Part shown: in pieces, positions 62,288 to 64,000 of the stretch
Numbering within the stretch: the stretch's first letter is position 1
Layout of the letters: each line of letters opens with the position of its first letter
DNA from: Planctomycetota bacterium
GTDB taxonomy: Bacteria; Planctomycetota; Planctomycetia; Pirellulales; Pirellulaceae
NCBI GenBank assembly: GCA_038534355.1
Contig: JBCAWX010000016.1
Span: 68,449 to 132,448, forward strand
DNA: 64,000 nucleotides
Direction: 5' to 3'
Program-made: the position numbers and the translations under genes
The notes under the pieces: generated by a model
What the model was told of the DNA's origin: nothing
Database searches by the model: none
Seen by the model: only the letters and a program-made list of their open reading frames with translations

Positions 62288-62959
62288 TCATGTTTCTTCG
62301 CCATAAATCGAAAACTCATCGCTGGTCGGTGCTTCAAGTGACCAAGTAACGAATTGCCTGGCGTTCCATAAAGCGGTTCCCTTGGCAAAGCGCATCGAGT
62401 GCGGCATACACAAGTTCAACAGAGAACATTGGTCACACTTTTTCTCATACTGCGCCGTAGGCGTTGCTCGTTGAGCAATCATGTCATGCAGCCTTTGGGA
62501 AGTAGAGTGGGTTTTCGAACGTAGTTCATCATTGAAACTGATCTTTGTTCGCCGTTGTCGTTTTCCATAGAACAGTGCTCCAGATTCGACGATGGTGTCG
62601 AGCATCTCTTCAAGGCACAACGCTTGGGCACAAAGTTGAATGCGATCAGAATCGTCTTTCTTCGGCTTGCCCCGCTTGTACTCGATCGGCACGACCGACT
62701 GGTCTGACTGAAACTCAACAATATCAGCTTGTCCGATCAAGCCGAGTCGATGCGACTTGAGCCACAGACCGCGAGTGATTCTTGTCTTGTCTCGCAGTTC
62801 TGAGTTTCCACTGTGCGCCTTTTCATGAAGCTGCCTTCCTTCGACAGTTAACACGTTTTCGGCCCAAAGTTGTTCCACATGGATCAACGCGCATTGCCTC
62901 TCGCAAAAGATCAAGTGTTGCAGTGCAGAGATTGGAAGAAGTTGCTGTTCAGAATACAT
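62288..62959 (-). CDS. cas4: CRISPR-associated exonuclease Cas4
   Basis: ISALQH..FC.RQ, G.ADIVEF, PIEYKRG, QLCAQA.CLEEM, C.QCSL...C.P. Confidence 0.95.
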   Translation of the reverse strand: MYSEQQLLPISALQHLIFCERQCALIHVEQLWAENVLTVEGRQLHEKAHSGNSELRDKTRITRGLWLKSHRLGLIGQADIVEFQSDQSVVPIEYKRGKPKKDDSDRIQLCAQALCLEEMLDTIVESGALFYGKRQRRTKISFNDELRSKTHSTSQRLHDMIAQRATPTAQYEKKCDQCSLLNLCMPHSMRFAKGTALWNARQFVTWSLEAPTSDEFSIYGEET

Positions 62960-63057
62960 GCCGCCGATTCAGCTAGTTTTCAGTAGTAGAAAAAGGAAAC
63001 ACCATTCCACCCGGCAGAACTGCAGGGCGGATACCGGGCGATTTTCATCTTTGAAAA

Positions 63058-63912
63058 CTAGATTTTCTGTTGAATCGATACACCTGCTGGCAAATCCGAT
63101 TCGTCGATCGAAATCTCATAGTCCACGACGGACCTTGCCGAAGTCGTTTCATCTTTTAATCTGACCGTCACTCGCGATTGGAGTTCGTGTGCAGGTGCAT
63201 TGCCAAGCGAGTCTTTGTGTTGAAACACTACCAACTTTTGCGGTGCCATTTGGCCGCGACTGGCGCTCCGGTCAAGCTCGAACATGTTGGCAAGTGATTT
63301 CCAAAAAAGCTCAAGGTCGTCGTCGGAAAATCCCGTTTGCTTTGCAAAAAATGGGTTAACGAATCCGTGGCAGCGATAAAGACCATAGGGTACCGTAAAT
63401 TTCCGACCCATCGTTCGATTATCGCCATCCTGTTTTTCCGCTTCTTTTTCGGTTGCAACAGCGCATCGAGTGATCGCGTGTTCAAGCGAAACAATTGGGT
63501 CGATACTTCTCGAAAATGCCATCTGGATTGGGCCACGCACCTGTCCACAGTTCACCTTGGTGCTCATTACGGCTCCAAAAGTACGGACATCAAAAAAGTT
63601 TTGACACATCCACAGGCGGCACTGCTCAACTTCTGGTCGCTTGGCTTTCTTCGGATCAAGTTCTAACGCTTCATACGCTTGTGCGTGGGTTGCATTGAGG
63701 ACAGCTCGTTCTTTGACATAAATTCTATAACCAGTTTCTTCCGTTTTAGTCATGTCGACAAAATTTCGGATCTTTCTTTTGAGGCAGACATCAGTGACCA
63801 ATCCGTGGCCGGTTTCGGGATCGACTCGGGGCAGGTTTCCTGCATCTGGGTCGCCATTGGGGTTTCCATCGGTAACGTCAAAAAGAAAAACAAAATCGTA
63901 ACGGTTATCCAT
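63058..63912 (-). CDS. cas7: Type I-C Cascade backbone Cas7/Csd2
   Basis: [53 protein letters not shown]. Confidence 0.97.
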   Translation of the reverse strand: MDNRYDFVFLFDVTDGNPNGDPDAGNLPRVDPETGHGLVTDVCLKRKIRNFVDMTKTEETGYRIYVKERAVLNATHAQAYEALELDPKKAKRPEVEQCRLWMCQNFFDVRTFGAVMSTKVNCGQVRGPIQMAFSRSIDPIVSLEHAITRCAVATEKEAEKQDGDNRTMGRKFTVPYGLYRCHGFVNPFFAKQTGFSDDDLELFWKSLANMFELDRSASRGQMAPQKLVVFQHKDSLGNAPAHELQSRVTVRLKDETTSARSVVDYEISIDESDLPAGVSIQQKI

Positions 63913-64000
63913 AAGAGGTTCCTTTGTTGAGTGGAATCGAATATTACTTGTTGGTTTGAGTTCGCCATGGCTTATGCCATTAATCGCCGGACATGGATTG

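Noticed and set aside
63750-63968. 72-aa ORF overlapping the cas7 start
   Set aside because: An out-of-frame overlap with cas7 and no recognisable motif.

Overview
This is a chromosomal window from a planctomycete, probably Pirellulales. The lineage is inferred from a DUF1559 prepilin protein, four Ser/Thr kinase-type genes and an ECF-kinase pair. Housekeeping genes: folK, def-fmt, miaB, rplU, the dnaA-dnaN-dciA-gyrB block with a candidate oriC, a cysteine desulfurase, scpB and frameshifted prfB. The window ends in a type I-C CRISPR-Cas locus (cas7-cas4-cas1-cas2, leader, 61 repeats, 60 spacers). The most notable unexplained systems are: (i) an intact PilT ATPase followed by two tandem catalytically degenerate PilB/GspE-like paralogues (one membrane-anchored) and a CvpA-like protein; (ii) an ECF sigma factor coupled to a soluble fusion of a Cys-less anti-sigma domain, a kinase and a Cache-like domain; (iii) a tail that is about 80% Asp/Glu in a protein translationally coupled to scpB; (iv) a BlaI/BlaR1 pair with two TACA-N2-TGTA operators, whose sensor carries a secretin-like domain; (v) an FHA-pseudokinase coupled to a TPM protein; (vi) a diverged 123-bp gene-end duplication flanking an esterase gene; (vii) a repeat-like hairpin between cas7 and cas4 that could be a Cas5c processing site. 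All family assignments come from reading motifs by eye. No database searches were run.
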